Of a stretch of DNA of 64,000 nt, positions 33,626-47,925 are shown one piece after another. The notes under the pieces are model-generated. The model saw only the letters and a list, made by a program, of their open reading frames with translations. It was not told the DNA's origin and searched no databases. The DNA comes from Raillietiella orientalis (Eukaryota): positions 1,860,001 to 1,924,000 of the forward strand of contig JAYWIR010000024.1 in the NCBI GenBank assembly GCA_036172245.1. The letters are read 5' to 3'. The translations under genes and the position numbers were made by a program. Position 1 is the stretch's first letter. The number at the start of each line of letters is the position of its first letter.

Positions 33626-35369
33626 TCGTCAAGAGGGCACGTGGATCAACCTCTAGATGGTAAAGCAAAGCTACACTCTGAGGGTGAGAAAACAGCTGAA
33701 GCTCCACTTCGCATCCAGCAGGGAAAGCCTTCCCAGATGGATGCAGGTAAACTTCCCTTCTCAATACTGGAAGGGAAGGTCATGGCCCCAACTACCACCT
33801 CCGGTTCTCCTTGGTCAAACGTCCCCCCCACCCCACGTCTGCAAACATCTCACTTGTTCAAACATCCCTTTGTCCGCGGTCTGCGAATATCACCACTTTG
33901 GCGACCAAAATCTTCCGATCCTTTCTCCGAGCATGGAACTTCCGAGGTCCACATCGATCCTCGACTTTTTTCAGTCGCAACCACACGCAGGGTCTCCTGG
34001 GAAGGTTACAGGACATCAGGATCCAGAGGGACCAGCAGTTTGAAGAAACCATCGATGGTAAAGTGTCGACTTTGTAGGTCCTGCTGGGAGATGGACTGTC
34101 CTCACATCATTCCACCCTTAAAGATGCTGGATCTGGTAGGTTAAATGGATGTCAGACCCCATTTGATCAGGTGCATCAAAAGAATCCGATCGGTAGCATC
34201 TTGGCAATCGAGATGAACGGAAACAAGGAATCATCGGAAAGCGATCCAATTTTTTTTTTTTTTCTAGACACAGGAAGTCAAATCTGAAAATCCTCAACGT
34301 CAATCTCGGTGGATGAAGTGCACTACCGCTTTTCTGGAGGCCTTGCAACCAGAATGGCGGAGTCGAGGAGGTTCCAGAAATGATCCTTAAGTGAAAAGGA
34401 GACAAGGACAGCTATAACAGCGACCTACGATGTTCGGAACAGGATGAATAATTTGAGTCCGAAATGCAGACATTGCGGGCTCAATCATTCGATGGTGCAA
34501 TTGCATCCCAGCCCTCACTGTACACATCCACTGGGATCTTCATCGAGAATCTCCCACTTTCTCTGTTTGGTGCTTTGGATGAAGTGGAACCTATTGCTGC
34601 CTTGGGAGAGGAAGAAGAGAAGTTTTTTATGCTGGATAGCTTAACTATGCACATAGTTTTTTGCATCCTAATGAGCGACGGAGAAAGCGGAAGTTTCCTC
34701 CGAAATATCCGACGTGCGGAATGCACGTCGAAGCAAAGTCCCTCGTGGATTTTGGAGACCAGAGTTCGTTCTGGTAGCACTGACTAGCGAAATTGACGTG
34801 TGGTATCGATTTTGCAACAGCCTGCATCAGGGTGATTTGACATTGGGAAAACAGAGCGCAGACTTATTGCTCTCGTAGCCTCATAGCATTCATTACGTTC
34901 ACATGGCTCCGGAATAGCAGCCCGAGTTTCAGGCAATTCGGGGAACACAGTCCAAGAAACTAAAGGACCAGAAAAAAAAAAAAAAAAGCAAGCGATCCTA
35001 GGCTGCTGATGGAAGGAAACAAGCTTTCCCGATCCATGAATCTATTAATTACATATGACACATGAAGTTAAGACGAACGCATTTTTTTTTTTTGTTGTCG
35101 AAGGAGAGGCAAAGAATTAATCTTTTTTGTCTCTGTAAACAAGAGACTGGACGTTGGGTGATATAATCTGATTTCTTGCGAACACAGAGGTCAGGAAATA
35201 CCCAACTTCGTTCAGTTGATGATGATGAGCGACAGAGCACCAGCACGCGCACGATCCTAGCTGAAAGTCTTTTCGTCTCCGTGTCCAGAGCCAACAGCAG
35301 ATGGAGCAGAAGGGGAAGGATAGGTCGACCTCTCGCGAAGACCTCTGCGAATCCTCCAAGACCGAGAGA

Positions 35370-36056
35370 TATGGGGAGTACCCCGGGTGGGGGGTCCGCC
35401 CTATCAATCCAGGAAGGGCTCGGAGTCCATTCCTTCCGGGCCTGGGGAGGATCCTGCAAGGGAACCTCCAGCTTGGTTGTCTCCGAAGGGAATCTACTTC
35501 CTTATTCCCTGCAGAGGGACTTCTGGAGGGGGTCCGCCCCATTTTTCTTCTCTGAAGGGGACCACAAAGGATCCCCTGTCAGGAATTTCTTCTCCGGAGG
35601 GACCCCCCGGAAAGGGAACCGCTTCCGTTTACTCCTCTGAAGAGAGTCTTGAAGAGATGCTTCCGAAATTCAGAAGGGCGCTGCTTCCCCGAAGAGATCG
35701 GCGTACTTCTCTGCGCTCTCTGGAGAAGTGGAGACACACCTACTCCATTAGTGCAACGGCCCCTTCAGAATGGGAGGTTCTCTCCTTCACAACCGGAGAC
35801 GAACTCCCACTCCTTGATTCCTGGAAGCACCCGAAGATCGACTCCCATTGTCCCGGCCGTCATCGGGGGCATCCGATTTAAACCACTACCAGTCCTGCAC
35901 CCGAATGTTTGTAGGCCAAGCCGCGTCATCTTGCAGGAGGAACTCTAACCGACGCGACGCACTGCGTCGGTTCATTTCGGAGTATTCGACCTCGCGACGC
36001 TTGGTGGTGGTCACGCAGGTAGATCACCGTAATCACGCGGGCCCCACCGCAGCGGC
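35370..36056 (-). mobile_element. Copy of the tRNA-derived SINE family
   Basis: Colinear with 17681-18480 in reverse (e.g. GGGGTCCGCCCTAT..AATCCAGGAAGGGCTCGGAGTCC; CCCGAAG(A/G)TCGACTCCCATTGT); degenerate B box. Confidence 0.8.
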
Positions 36057-38715
36057 GAAGTGTTTGTGACCGGAACTCGGTCCGAATCACGCTTCTTCAG
36101 TTCTCCCATTCAGGGAGCCGGACTTCTTCCTGTTTACACTCACTGGGCACTTACTCTTCACATCGACAAACAGGAAGTGACTGGGAGCGTGTGCCGGGCG
36201 TCCAAACGATTTGTCTTTCGGACAATTCCTAGTTCGAGATTCAGCTCGCTGACTCCTTGCAAATTAATTTTCCCCAATTTTCAAAACGAATCCTGACAAG
36301 GGTGGGGCAGCAACCCGGTTCAGGAAGTAGGCAGGAGGGAGACCCCTTCAGAGTCAGCCGAAGAATCCGAATCTCGGATCCAAGGGGCTTTATCTGATTA
36401 TAGGTAAGGCCGGATTACAACTGACAAGGAATCAGGTCCGTTCCAGCCCTGGGAGCGCAGCCTCAACCCCTCTTTCAGGAGATTCATGGGATGTTCAGTC
36501 GCATAGGATGTATAACTCCCGTTAGCGTTCAGAAGGCTGGATTCCCCTTCCAAACTTTTCTTTACATCCATAGGCTGGATTTCAAGAAAAATAAGCCTTT
36601 TTTCAAAAAAGGAAAAAGGGAGAGAGAGAAGAAGAGAAAAGGGGAAGAAACCGGCAGCAAGGAGGGAGTGGGAATCTGTGAATGACGAGGAATCCCTCCG
36701 AAAAGGCGCTGTCTGTTCAAAAGCAAAGCGCTCTGCAACGGAATGAATGACTTATGCGTCTCCCCCCCCTTCCCTCCACATTCAGATTTCCTCATCCGAT
36801 GAATCAGCAAATCTCCAAGGGTCTTTTTTTTTTCCCCTCCCCTTTTTTTTTTGTGTGAGTGTGTGTGCTGGAGGCAGTTCCTGCTATCCCGGCCAACCTC
36901 ATGAGAGTTTTTTAAATTTATGGTTCTGCTCGAGGAACTTAGCTCGGTTCCTTCCATGGCTTCGTCCCGCTATCAAAGTATCTTTTCAAGCTGTTGCTCC
37001 TGTCGCTCCCATCACCAATCCTTGATAAAACACGTTTCTCAGTTTCCAGATGTTCGGGGCTATTGATCACGCCTCACGTCTTGGCCTTCCGAAGCTCCCT
37101 CCGTGCGGAAAAATTTCCTCCTGCCTCTCCATGAGAGAGGCAGAGATTGGCAGACACCTAGGGAAGCGTCCGAAACCCTTTCCTTCCCTTGGAAAGTAGA
37201 AAGGTTCGATCCGCTCTTCCTTTCACCTACGTTTCTTCGGTTATTCCCCTCACGAAAATCTTTTATTAAGAGTGCTGGTAATACCTGCAGGTTGTAGCTC
37301 TTGGAAACGCGCAGATCTTTCACCGGAAGCAGTGGAGCGCGGTTTCCAGAAAGTGCACTTCGAGAAGAAAGCAGAATTGCAGCATAAAGTGGCACGAAAA
37401 TACAGCAGCTGCGCATCCTCCTGGCAAAATGTCAACCTAAGAACGTACTGATGTTGCGAGACCCGGTCCCCTCTCTCAAGAAGACCCCACAACAGCGGGA
37501 CGACGGAACTTAAGGAAAGTACACACAAAAATCCATACGCTGCTCCAGAGATGAAAGGATTTTTTGTGCTGTTCTCGTAGTCGGTTCTGTCCTCACGCTG
37601 CTCGATAGATGAAGACTTCATCTCCGGAACACGAGACTGCCTCCGAAATACGCGCACTTGCTCTCTTCGTGCGAAGAAGAAGAAGAGGAGGAAAAACAAG
37701 GGAAAGGAAAGCAAACGAAACCGCTTTGGCGGGAAGAACTGACCTCGCAGCCATCTATAGAACGACTTCGTTGGCAACAGCAGTCTCCTGGGATTCAGAC
37801 GATTCTTTGACAAGTACGTTCGCTGCTGCCTCAAACTGACCCAGCACAACACCCAGTACATGCGTGGGAGTCCGAAAATTCGTCATGCCCAGATGATTTC
37901 GACGAGAAGCAGCAGTGGAGCACTTCTACCGCTGCTGCTTCTCCGACGGTTCTCAGCATCCACTGGGTGAAGCTCCAGTTGCGTAGCACGAGGCAAGCAC
38001 AAGGCATTCTACAGGACCGAGACCTTCCATCAATCTAATGTGGACGGGAGCATGGAGGCGGTCTCGAATAAAGACAAAGAGTAACTCATGGAGTGGCTGA
38101 ACCAAAACGAAAGACGTCGGATCCTCGGTTGGAATGTACAGAAAGGTGAAGCAGTTCCCGATGCATTGTCCTCCGAGCATATCGAAGATTTCCTCCTTCT
38201 TGCTCCTTGCAGTCGTCATCGTTTATGTTTACCAAAGCACACCACGGAATTCACCTGTGAACGAACAACGGTGCAGCCATGCCAGAACTCCTCGGTTTCA
38301 CTCGCATCACTAAAGAAAAAAAAAACTGAACCGGTTCAGCAGCCGATCAGAGACAAGTATCTCTTCTTCCGCATCGATCACATACATGAGACCTGCCTTC
38401 TGTTCCCACAGCGGTCCAAGGGAGCGGCGCCCCAGCTGCTGGGTAGCTGCGAAGCCTGCCTCGGGAATCTCGATGCGTTCTGCTGAGACCCCCAGATTGA
38501 ATCTTCACTTCCATCCTGACCCGCATACAGAGCAGCGCGTGTCAGCTGCGAGGTGTACATGTAGGTTCTCCCGTGATCTCTCGCCACCGGAACACGGCGA
38601 GATGATACTTTTCCAGCCTCCTCAGTTCGGGTGAGCCGTCCAGGCAACATGTTTTGAATCCTTTCCTCCCGCCTCCTTACGTTTCCCCAAAAGTCTCTGC
38701 TTATTGCATTCATAC

Positions 38716-39109
38716 CGATTGCATTTCCTCTTCGGACCTCGCGCAACTCCGTCCTGACTGCGAAGGCAGGACACGCTGGTTGTCATGAAAACAGCCCATC
38801 TGTCCGTAAACAGGGCGCCTTGGGGCTCTTTCCTCGCTTCCGCATCGGTAGGAGCCTGTAATCCCTGAGATGATTTTCTCCTACTCTTCCTAGAAGAGAA
38901 GGCACGCTCATGCCGCTGACGATCGGACCAGCACGCGCAATGATGCAGCAAGTCAGAAGCAACGTTGACCAACGTGACTCTTTCCCTGTGGCATGGAGAA
39001 ACACTGGTCTGATGATCAAAGACTTTCTCGGGAATGTTCACAAGGGTGAACCTCAAGCATATTGCACGGAACCTTGCATGCTTGTCACCATCACGTTGGA
39101 GGCAGGAAC
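38716..39109 (-). CDS. Candidate internal exon of an unidentified host gene
   Basis: Polypyrimidine acceptor TTTTCCTCTCCCCCTTCCCAG, an open frame of about 130 codons, donor GTATGA; no recognisable domain. Confidence 0.25.
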
Positions 39110-42100
39110 CTGGGAAGGGGGAGAGGAAAAGCGGGTCGCAGGAAATTCTCTTTCTTCTGGCGTTATTCCCGTGGGTAGCTTCCTTCCAGACTCCTACATA
39201 GGAGGTGAGTAGCGTAATTCTCTAGACAGAGAGAACCCTGTTGATCGTCTTCTTCGAGTCTGTAGGAGATGTCCGCCTCATCCTCTTCTAGCACAGAGCG
39301 AGCTACGAAACTGGTGAGATGCATGAGGTGTGCTCATAGAGTGACGTGTAACTTGGATGGCTGGATCGCTGAAAAGTACGACGCACTCCATTGATTCACG
39401 AGGATGAAAACCCTGCTTAGGCAACCGGCACGGTCTCCAAAAGAGCACACGAAGAGAAAACATTGGATGAATCGAGAAAGGTCTTTCTGATTTCCAAGTA
39501 ACTCCTGAGAGCTTCCGTATTGCTGACAACCCGGAAAACCATCCTTAAACAAAGTTTAGAAGAACCAAGTGCCGTGAAAGATCCACGAGTGCACCCCACC
39601 CTGGCAGCGCAGTTTTAAGATGGGCGGTGTAGGACGAATGCGACGGACAGTGCATATCGATTCAGGCGAGATGGGCAAAGTCCGTTTATCGGCTCCATAA
39701 TACAGAGAGTTTCGCCATTTTTGCGCTTAAAACTCTTTTCCCACGAGGGTTTCCCATCATTCTCTTGTACCGAGGGAACTCCACAGACAACCGGAATAGA
39801 GAAACCGGCGGGCTACAACTTCGATTTGAGGTTACCAGCAGTTTGAATAAGCTCAGAAGAAACACAGTGGTTTTCGAAATGGAGTTTCACCAGAGCACGC
39901 CATTTCCATTCAGACGATGTCTTTCAGACCGGAAGTTCATCTCACTCGGGTTCTTCTCCCATTTAAGTGGTTCAAATGTGCCTTTCTCCATTTTCACGAT
40001 CTCCTGAGGTGGGGTTTGCCTGACATGCAAACGGCGAACTTGAGATGAGGAAATTACTCGAGGGCAGGTCAGATGAATCGTGGCAGCCGGTTTCTAGCTG
40101 GAACCCTCGCAAACATCAGATGAAGTCTGGGGCTGAACTGCAGTTCCAGAAATGAACATGGGTCCGGGATACAGAAACAAGATGCTACCACTTATTTGCA
40201 GTCAGATCCCTTCCTTTCTGACGGAATGCTTAAACCGGAAACGGAAGCCAGCTCGGTTCCAAGTGTTGTTTTTCCCTTCGGTTGGACTTCAGAAGTTTTT
40301 TTTTTTTTTTTTGCATAGAGTTGCTGCTCTGTCGTACGCGGCATGGCAGCAACTCTGTGCAAAAAATCACTGTGACATCCTGAAAGAGGCACAGATGACC
40401 CCGGTCAGTATTGCGTGTGATTTCGTTGTGACCCTCTGTTCCTAGGAAACCATTCCCACGGTGGACCTCAACTTCTCCGAATCTTCACTTCCTCTCCTGG
40501 GGCAGCGCATGCTCTGGAGCTCGGTGAACAGCCCTCCAGGGTATGGGAATGACGGACCTGTGCAACGCTAACGAGATGCGACCGAATGATCTTGCATTCG
40601 TGGATCCTGTTCAGATGGAATATCCGCTAAATCTGAGAGATATTTGAAAAGGATCTTCAGCAGAAGAAACTTTCAGAGCGGGACTCAAACAAAGTTTCTG
40701 CCACTTTGAGTAAGAGGAAGAGCGAAAAAGAGCAACCAACAGGGAGAAAAGGAAGAAAGCAAAAGGCGCCATGCAAAGGAAGGAGAATGGTCTGGGAATC
40801 CGCTCGTGCGGGGACGTTTGGATCTGACCAAAGCCGAGCTTTCCACCGTTGCGATCAACGGAAGGGTCGGATAGGCTCATTGGATCGAAAACCTGGAATG
40901 TCCAAAAAGCATCAAACAGAGCCTTTTCCTGATCGTTCTCATTTGGCAACGCAAATAAAGACGTGGTTCGTTTGTCCCTTTGTGAAGATGAACAGCCTGA
41001 GGAATCGAAAGTGCAAAAAAAGGAATGAGTGAAAACGATCTGCCTGATGAGGGAAATGTAACTGCTCCGCGGCCACAGAAGACCTATTTGCTTAACGGTC
41101 AGTTTCACGAAAGAACGTGGCAGCCAAATGATTATACAGCAGAGGAAATGGTTAGTGGTTGCTCTTTTTTTCTTTCCCTTGTTTTGTCTTGTTTTTTTGA
41201 GGAAATTGCTCCGGTGGAATCCAGAGGGCAGTAACAGCATCCAGGGAAAGATGGAACGGAAACAATGGACCTTTCTTCTTCCCTTTCTTTTTGCTCATAC
41301 CATTCCTTCTGATGGAGCTAACTGCACTCGAGAATCTCATTTTTCTCTCGAAAAAGTTATATCTCGCGGAAAACAAGAGTGGAGGGGGGGGAGTAAAGAA
41401 GAGGAGGAGGAAGAGGAGTAAGAGAAACTGCACGAGACGCGATCCAGCTAATGAGTTCCCGAAAAGAAAAAACGGAATTGCTGACAGAGCGTATCTTCTC
41501 GAGACGACTGCTGTTCCCGCCAGCGCCCTGCAGTGCCCGCCGTAAGCATTCGGATGAGAGCTGATTGATCCACTCAGTACCAGGAGCAGGTGAAGGTCGT
41601 GCGAGAAAGCTCACGAAAAAGTACAAAGTGAGAAGGGATCCCAAAGTCCCGGAAACCACGAGATCTTCGGTCGATGGGCAGTTTAAAGACGCGAAGCTCG
41701 CTTTCCACGGCTGTGAGGATTTTACTGCACAGTTCGTCCTAAGTGGCGAGGGAGTCGACAGCCGTACCAACCCAGGAAGGAAGGGCATTATAAAGTCGAC
41801 GCGAATCCAGGGAAAAAGCGGGGAAAGGGAGGAAAGGATTGAAAACAAAGAACAGGAGAGATGCTGCGTGGCTTCCACCTTGTCAACCGACGGCAGTTGT
41901 CCTGGCGTCCCGTTACCACAGTCTCGAACACCCTGACTGTTGATTCACCCTGACTCGATAGCAGATGCCTCGAAGGTCTCCCTCCGACGGGCCAGCGGCA
42001 GGGCGCAAGTATCCTACACCTCTGACCAACCCTCCCAGACCTTAAGAGGAAACAGGATTTTATTTTTTCTTCATTCATTCTTTCCCGGGGCTTCCGTTTA

Positions 42101-45100
42101 TGGGATAGACGGTCTCCCACCTGGACCCAGACGTGACCGGGTGGTGAATCTCCCACCCGAAAATCTCCTTTTCCTCTGCATCCTGAACTTCCTTCCCGAG
42201 ATCATCATCTCGGGAAAGGATCTCTCTCATCATTCCATACCCTGGAGAACTCCCGCACTCCTTGCCCCTCCTTTTCTCATTTCTCCTCCTTCCCCACCTC
42301 CTTCCTGCTGGTGTCCATAGTAACCGAGGATTTCTCGGGCCCCTGCGAAGCACTTTCCGAAAGAGTCCCGGAACACGGAAGCAAGATCAAGGAAACGATC
42401 CGTCTCTTCCTCTTTCTTTGCTAAACGCTTTCGTCGCATCCCTCCCTTCCCCCGTGATGGGATCCAAGGAACCCTCCTCGAAGTTCTTAGTGTTGCTTCC
42501 TAGGTAACAAAAGGAAAAAAAGAAAAGGAGGGAGGGAGTAGGATGGTGGATTTCATTCAGAGAAATTGGAAGAGGAGCGGAAGGGGATCCTCTGGAGGAG
42601 ATGGGCGAAGGTAATTCCGATGACAGGGACGACAACCCTGCGGAACGAAGGGTCCGGAGTAAGCGTCGAGGGATTAGCGCTCGAAGCCTCTTCAAGAGAT
42701 TTTCCCGCTCCATCCTTTTCAGTATCTATTTCTCCCGATTTCTCCCCCAATCATGTCGTCGAAAAGCAGAGAAAGGAGAAGGGTAAGCGATACGGAACAT
42801 AGACTGCCCCCTCCCCCCTCCCTTGATTTTCCTCAAATGCTACCTCAGATGCTACCACGAGGAGTTCTACAGCTGGAAACCGCGAATGCGCGAAACAAGA
42901 CATCCACTTTCTCCTCAAACTCACCTGTTCCTCTTAATCCATTTTGAATCAAGCGACACAAATGGTCCTCACTTGTGACTACGGAAGTCCAACTCCTGCA
43001 CGCCACGTCTTGTCAAACGAAAGCATTCTTTGAAGCAGCGTGATTCGGAGTACGAATGGACTTGAGGGATGTTCTTCGGGCAGCAGCAGATTTTTTTTGG
43101 CATTCCTCTGCCGCGAGGCCCCTTAGCCACTTCTTAGCCTGCTGGAATTCGCCCTTATGTCCTCTCGTCACATCGGGTCACCGGTGACTCGTAATCACAA
43201 GTCGATCCGGGATGACGACGGCATTGTTGCGTCACGGGATGCGTGCGTGCAGCCTCCCTCGCTTCTCCGGGAACCCCAGTCGAATAAAATACAAATCTCT
43301 CGTTCCGCTTTGAGCGTGGCAGATTCGTTCCTGGACGAAAGACAGATCGTTTCTGTTGATCTCAGCATCCAAGATCAAGAAAAGATCCGCGCCTATGTAG
43401 CTCACAGCTGAGATGAATTCCCATCCATTCCTACGCGAGTCGCACTGCAACTGTTTGTTTGTTTGTTTCTGTTTCTCAGATAAAATCGAAAACACGCGTT
43501 AGCAGAAACGCTTCCGCCTTTCTTTGGAGATCCGAAAAACCGCCATTCCTATAATGAATAGGTAATTTTCTCGTCTTGGTTCCCCCCATTGTGCTCGTAT
43601 TGCCAGAATATATGAATGCATACAAATGGTAAACATGTCAACAAAAGAGATCTCCGGGACAAACGAGAAATCTTCAGGGACGAGGAAAGCATCGCTACTC
43701 ATTGAAGATTGCATTCGGAGAGAAGGAATAGATGCTAATGAACTATCCCACTTGAACTTGGATTGATGCGAGCTTCAGAAAGCATGCAAAACTTCTCTAA
43801 AGCTCCCTGAAGATGGAGTTTGAGTGATACATTTTCAGATTTTCAGATTAAAGATGAGAACGCTAAATTCAGCTTTTATTTGACGATCTAGATATCCATG
43901 TAATCTATCCAGATTATGTAGACACTGAAGTATTCATAATAACACAATTGTAGCACAAGGAAACGACGTTTCATAAGACATCCCAGAATCATAGGAAGGA
44001 TAGAAGTTTTTATCGGTGGAGCATTAGGAAATGAAGGAGCCGATGGTTTGGGAGGCTGGGATCCTCGGGAGCAAAGTGGATTCGCAGGCCAGACGTAGTG
44101 ATCGAAGATTGTTCGCGGAGGAACGTGTCGAACTTCAAGACCTCATGGCTGAAAGTTGTAGCCTGCGTCAGTCACGATTAGGACATGGGCATGATTGGGA
44201 CAAAATCTTCACTTCAGTGAAGGAAACGCCCAGGCTTCTGCTTCCGCTGCAAGCTGCAGAAAAGCAGATCTAGGCAAGCAGAACAACTCTCAGAACAATC
44301 CCAGAGACAGACCTTTGTCCGGTCTGTTTTCGCTTGAGCGAGAAGCATTCGCCCCAAAAGAAAGACACTCCGTTTGTTCCTGTGGTACTTTGACCTAGGG
44401 ACGCGAGGGATGCTTGAGGAGACCTCATCCAACAGGGCAGGTATCTTGAGAGTTGACCACAGTGTGTCAATGACATGGGGTCTTCACTGGAATTGGAGGC
44501 GAGGCACTGCAAGTACCAGATCGAGCACGTCATGGTTTTGATAGTTGATCAAGAAATGTCCATCAGTACATCCTCCTCGGAACTGCTTGCGCTCGTCTTC
44601 AAGCATCCATTTCTGTGTTCTCCATTTTTCTATTTGGAGAAACGACTTTGTGAGGACAACGCGGAGTGAGGATATGATGAAGAGCATCAGCTGACCAATG
44701 TGGTCGGCTGGCACCCGTAAGGATCGAAGGGATTGATGGAACTTTGCTGCATCACTGAAATGCAAGAGTGCCAAGAAGAAACATCAAGAATTAGACTCCC
44801 TTCAGGCAGTTTCTACGACTCCTTATGGAGAAGAGAGGATTTGTCGAAGGACCTGCTGTACGAAACATAGCAACCATCTTATGGCAAGAGAAGCAGTCAC
44901 GTTTCTCAGAATCCACCAGGAAACGGAAAAGGATGCATCCTCCGGCAAAAGAATATCGCAAATACTCTCTGGAGGGATTCGATGGGACACCGCCGGGATG
45001 GCTCAGCGGAATAGGGCGGGGAACGGACTGGGTAAAACTGCGGGCATGCTTCCTTCTGGAAGGGATCTTCAGCCTTCCCGTTCGCAGCCACCACATGTCA

Positions 45101-45467
45101 TCAGCGTCTCTGAGGCCCTTCTTTCCTCGGACACTTGCGTCCGCTTGCCACAGACCTTTCGTCCTCGCCTGGCATGGCTCCCAGGGATCTTTACGGCCAC
45201 CGCTGCCGACCCTCGGCCGCCGAACTGTGCTCTCGGGAAGGTGGAGGAGCATTCGAGGGCATCTCAGAACCACGGGTGAAAGGCAGGAGGGGAGCAACTG
45301 AAGGAGCCGAAGGTCCTCGCTGAGATGTCCCCCGGACCCGGCACTGTCCTGTCCTCTTCCCCTCCCCTCCCCTCCCCTTCTCGGGCGGAGAGAAGCAGCA
45401 GCAGGATTCGCAAGGGCGGTGTACGGTCGTGCGCCCGAGGAGCAGAGAACCGCCCCCTGCACTCGCC

Positions 45468-47925
45468 TCAGGTGGTGGCGGCACTCCCCTTTCCGCGTAG
45501 CCACCGCCGCGCGGGACCGGCGGCGGCGGCGGTTGCGAGGAGCGCAGCAGCGGCGCCCTTCAGCCGGCGCCTCAGCTCGGCAGTCAGGAGAGCGAGCCGG
45601 CGGACGCCCTGTGCCTCGCGGCTGCGTCTCCGCACAAACGCGGCGATCCTGACGTCCCTGACGGACATGTGGTGCCTCAGGGAGGAGCGGCGCTCCTGGC
45701 CTCTCGTCAGCAGCCTGAAGGAGAAGGAGAGAGCTGAGGGAGCAAGCCAAGGGGCCGGGTCTGCTCACTTGGTGGCGTTCTCCCGGTGGCGCTGCAGCTC
45801 TGCACAGAGACGCGTCTCCGCTTCGCGCTTCCGTTCCTCCAGGGCCGCCCTGGCCTTTGCCCGCGCCCTCGAGATCTTCCCCTCTGTCTCCTCAGCTTCT
45901 CTCCGCCGTCGCGTCTGAAGAGCACCTGCCAACGCTGCCGCCGTCTGCCGAGCCGTCCAGCCACGCTGCTCCTCCAGCTTTCTGAAAGGATTGAGGCGAA
46001 AGGGAGTCTCCCACGGCCCATTCCCCACCCCAACTCTTAGGACAGTCACCGGGAGCGCAGGAGGCGGACCCGACGACACTCCTGGATCTGATCGTGCGCC
46101 TGGGAGGCCTCCGTCAGCTTCCGAGCGATCCGCGCCTCCAGGAAGCTCCTCCGGGATGCCTCCTCCTCCTCCGCCCGCCGGACTCGTCTCGCGTGGCCAG
46201 AAGACTTCTCCGCAGTGGAGACGTCGGAGACCTGCGGAAGCAATCCCCCTCTCCCCGACCATTGGGGGAGAGGGCTCTCGGTCAAGCAACTCAATGGCCG
46301 TCCCCTGAGGAGTCCCGCCTCTGGGAAGGCACACGGGTCGGCCGATGATCCTCTGTAAGAAAGAGAGGAGGGCTGACGTGGACCCGCGGGGGGGAAGCTG
46401 AGGGAGAGACGGCTTCCCGTTGGAAGCGTGACTGAAAACTGGGCGCGGTCTACGGCCGTCTTCTCGGGGCGTCACACAAGGCGCCTTCCTCGAGGACCAA
46501 CTGCCGCCGCCAGTGCTTCCATCTAATGGAGCGCGGAAGAGTTGTCCGCAGCCTGCGTGCAGGGTCTACCATTCGCGCGCGACCTGCAGCCCGCTTGAGG
46601 AGGTGGACAGCATTTGGGAAACCAGTAAGACGACCCGCGTCGTCGTGCTCCTCCCCCTCCCTGCTTCCCCGTCCTGATCCTCCTCCTGAGTGATCTGCAG
46701 CGGTCGCAACGTCGTCCTGCATGAGGAGCTGCCCCGCAAGATACCCACGAGAGGACCTTCCCGAGACCACGCGAGACGCGAGTCTTTTCGGACCGCAGGA
46801 CAAGATCGTCTTCCCCCTCCACCTCCCCCCCTCTTCCCCACACCTTCCACCCCTTCCTCTTGCTTTCCATCCCAAGCACCACCGCCGCGCCGCTCCAGGC
46901 AGTCGCGCAAGCAAGGAAGGGGGAGGGACGAGCAAAGGACAGGGAGGTCAAGGTCTCTTGCTGCGCCTCTTCGCACCTTCCTGCGTTTCTCCCACGTGGC
47001 TCGGCGCCTCCTCTCCGCTGACCTCAGCAGCGCGTCCTTGGCGGCGAAATGAGCCTGCCGCTCCCGCCTCGCACCCTCTTCCAGCCACTCCAGGTTGCCG
47101 CGCGCCTTTTCCAACCGGCAGGCCTCCTCCCTCTGCCTCGTCTGCAGGGCGTGCCTCTGCGGAAGGAGGGCGTTCCCTCACCAGGCTGCCCCTCCCTGCC
47201 TTTCCCCTCCCCACCCCCGCCCTGCCTCTCCCTTGGGAGAGAGAGGGGAGGATCGAAGGAGGAGGAGCAGGAGGACTTCACGGCGGTGCGAACCTGCGCC
47301 TCCCTGACGTCCAGGAGGAGGCCGGACCTGAGCTCGTCTCGTCTCCTGAGGGTGTCCTCCAGCTCCCGCCTGCGGTCCTCTCGCAGCCCCTCGGCACGCT
47401 GCCTCCGCCGCAGCAGCAACGCCCTCTCACGCTCCCTCTTCTCTCGGACCAGCGTCCAGTGCTTCCTCAGCGCCTCCAGACGCTCCTGCGAAGGGGACGG
47501 AAAAGAGGGGAGAGGTAAGGAGGGAGCGGCATCGCGTGGCGGCGCGCCCACTTACCGACTCGCGCGACTCGCGTTCCAGTTGCCACTCCCGGTGACTCAG
47601 CCAGGAGAGACGGGTCAGCGCCCCTTCCTCCTCGCAGCGGTCCAGCCACAGAGTCAGGATCTTCTTGTCGAGCTCCGGGATGCGCGATGTCAGGAGGCGC
47701 CTGCATTACCGCCGCAACCCGCAGTGACGCTCCAGGAAGTGTGGAAGGAAAGAGGGGAGGGAGGAGAAAAAGGAAGGGGGAAGGAGCGAGTCAGCTGCAG
47801 GAATCGCCATCCCTTCCATCCTCCCCCCCACTTCCCCGAAGCATCGCCACGCACCTTCTGAAATCGCCGCAGCTCCGGAAATCCGTGGGGATGGCGTCCA
47901 ACAGCTGCTCCTCCCCTCCCGACGA
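45468..47925 (-). CDS. Multi-exon gene for an Arg/Glu-rich coiled-coil protein (5' end not resolved)
   Basis: Short GT-AG introns that keep frame (45715-45768; 47486-47555) joining coiled-coil exons, e.g. EWQLERESRES|ERLEALRKHW and RHRENATK|LLTRGQERR; stop at 45468. Confidence 0.55.
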
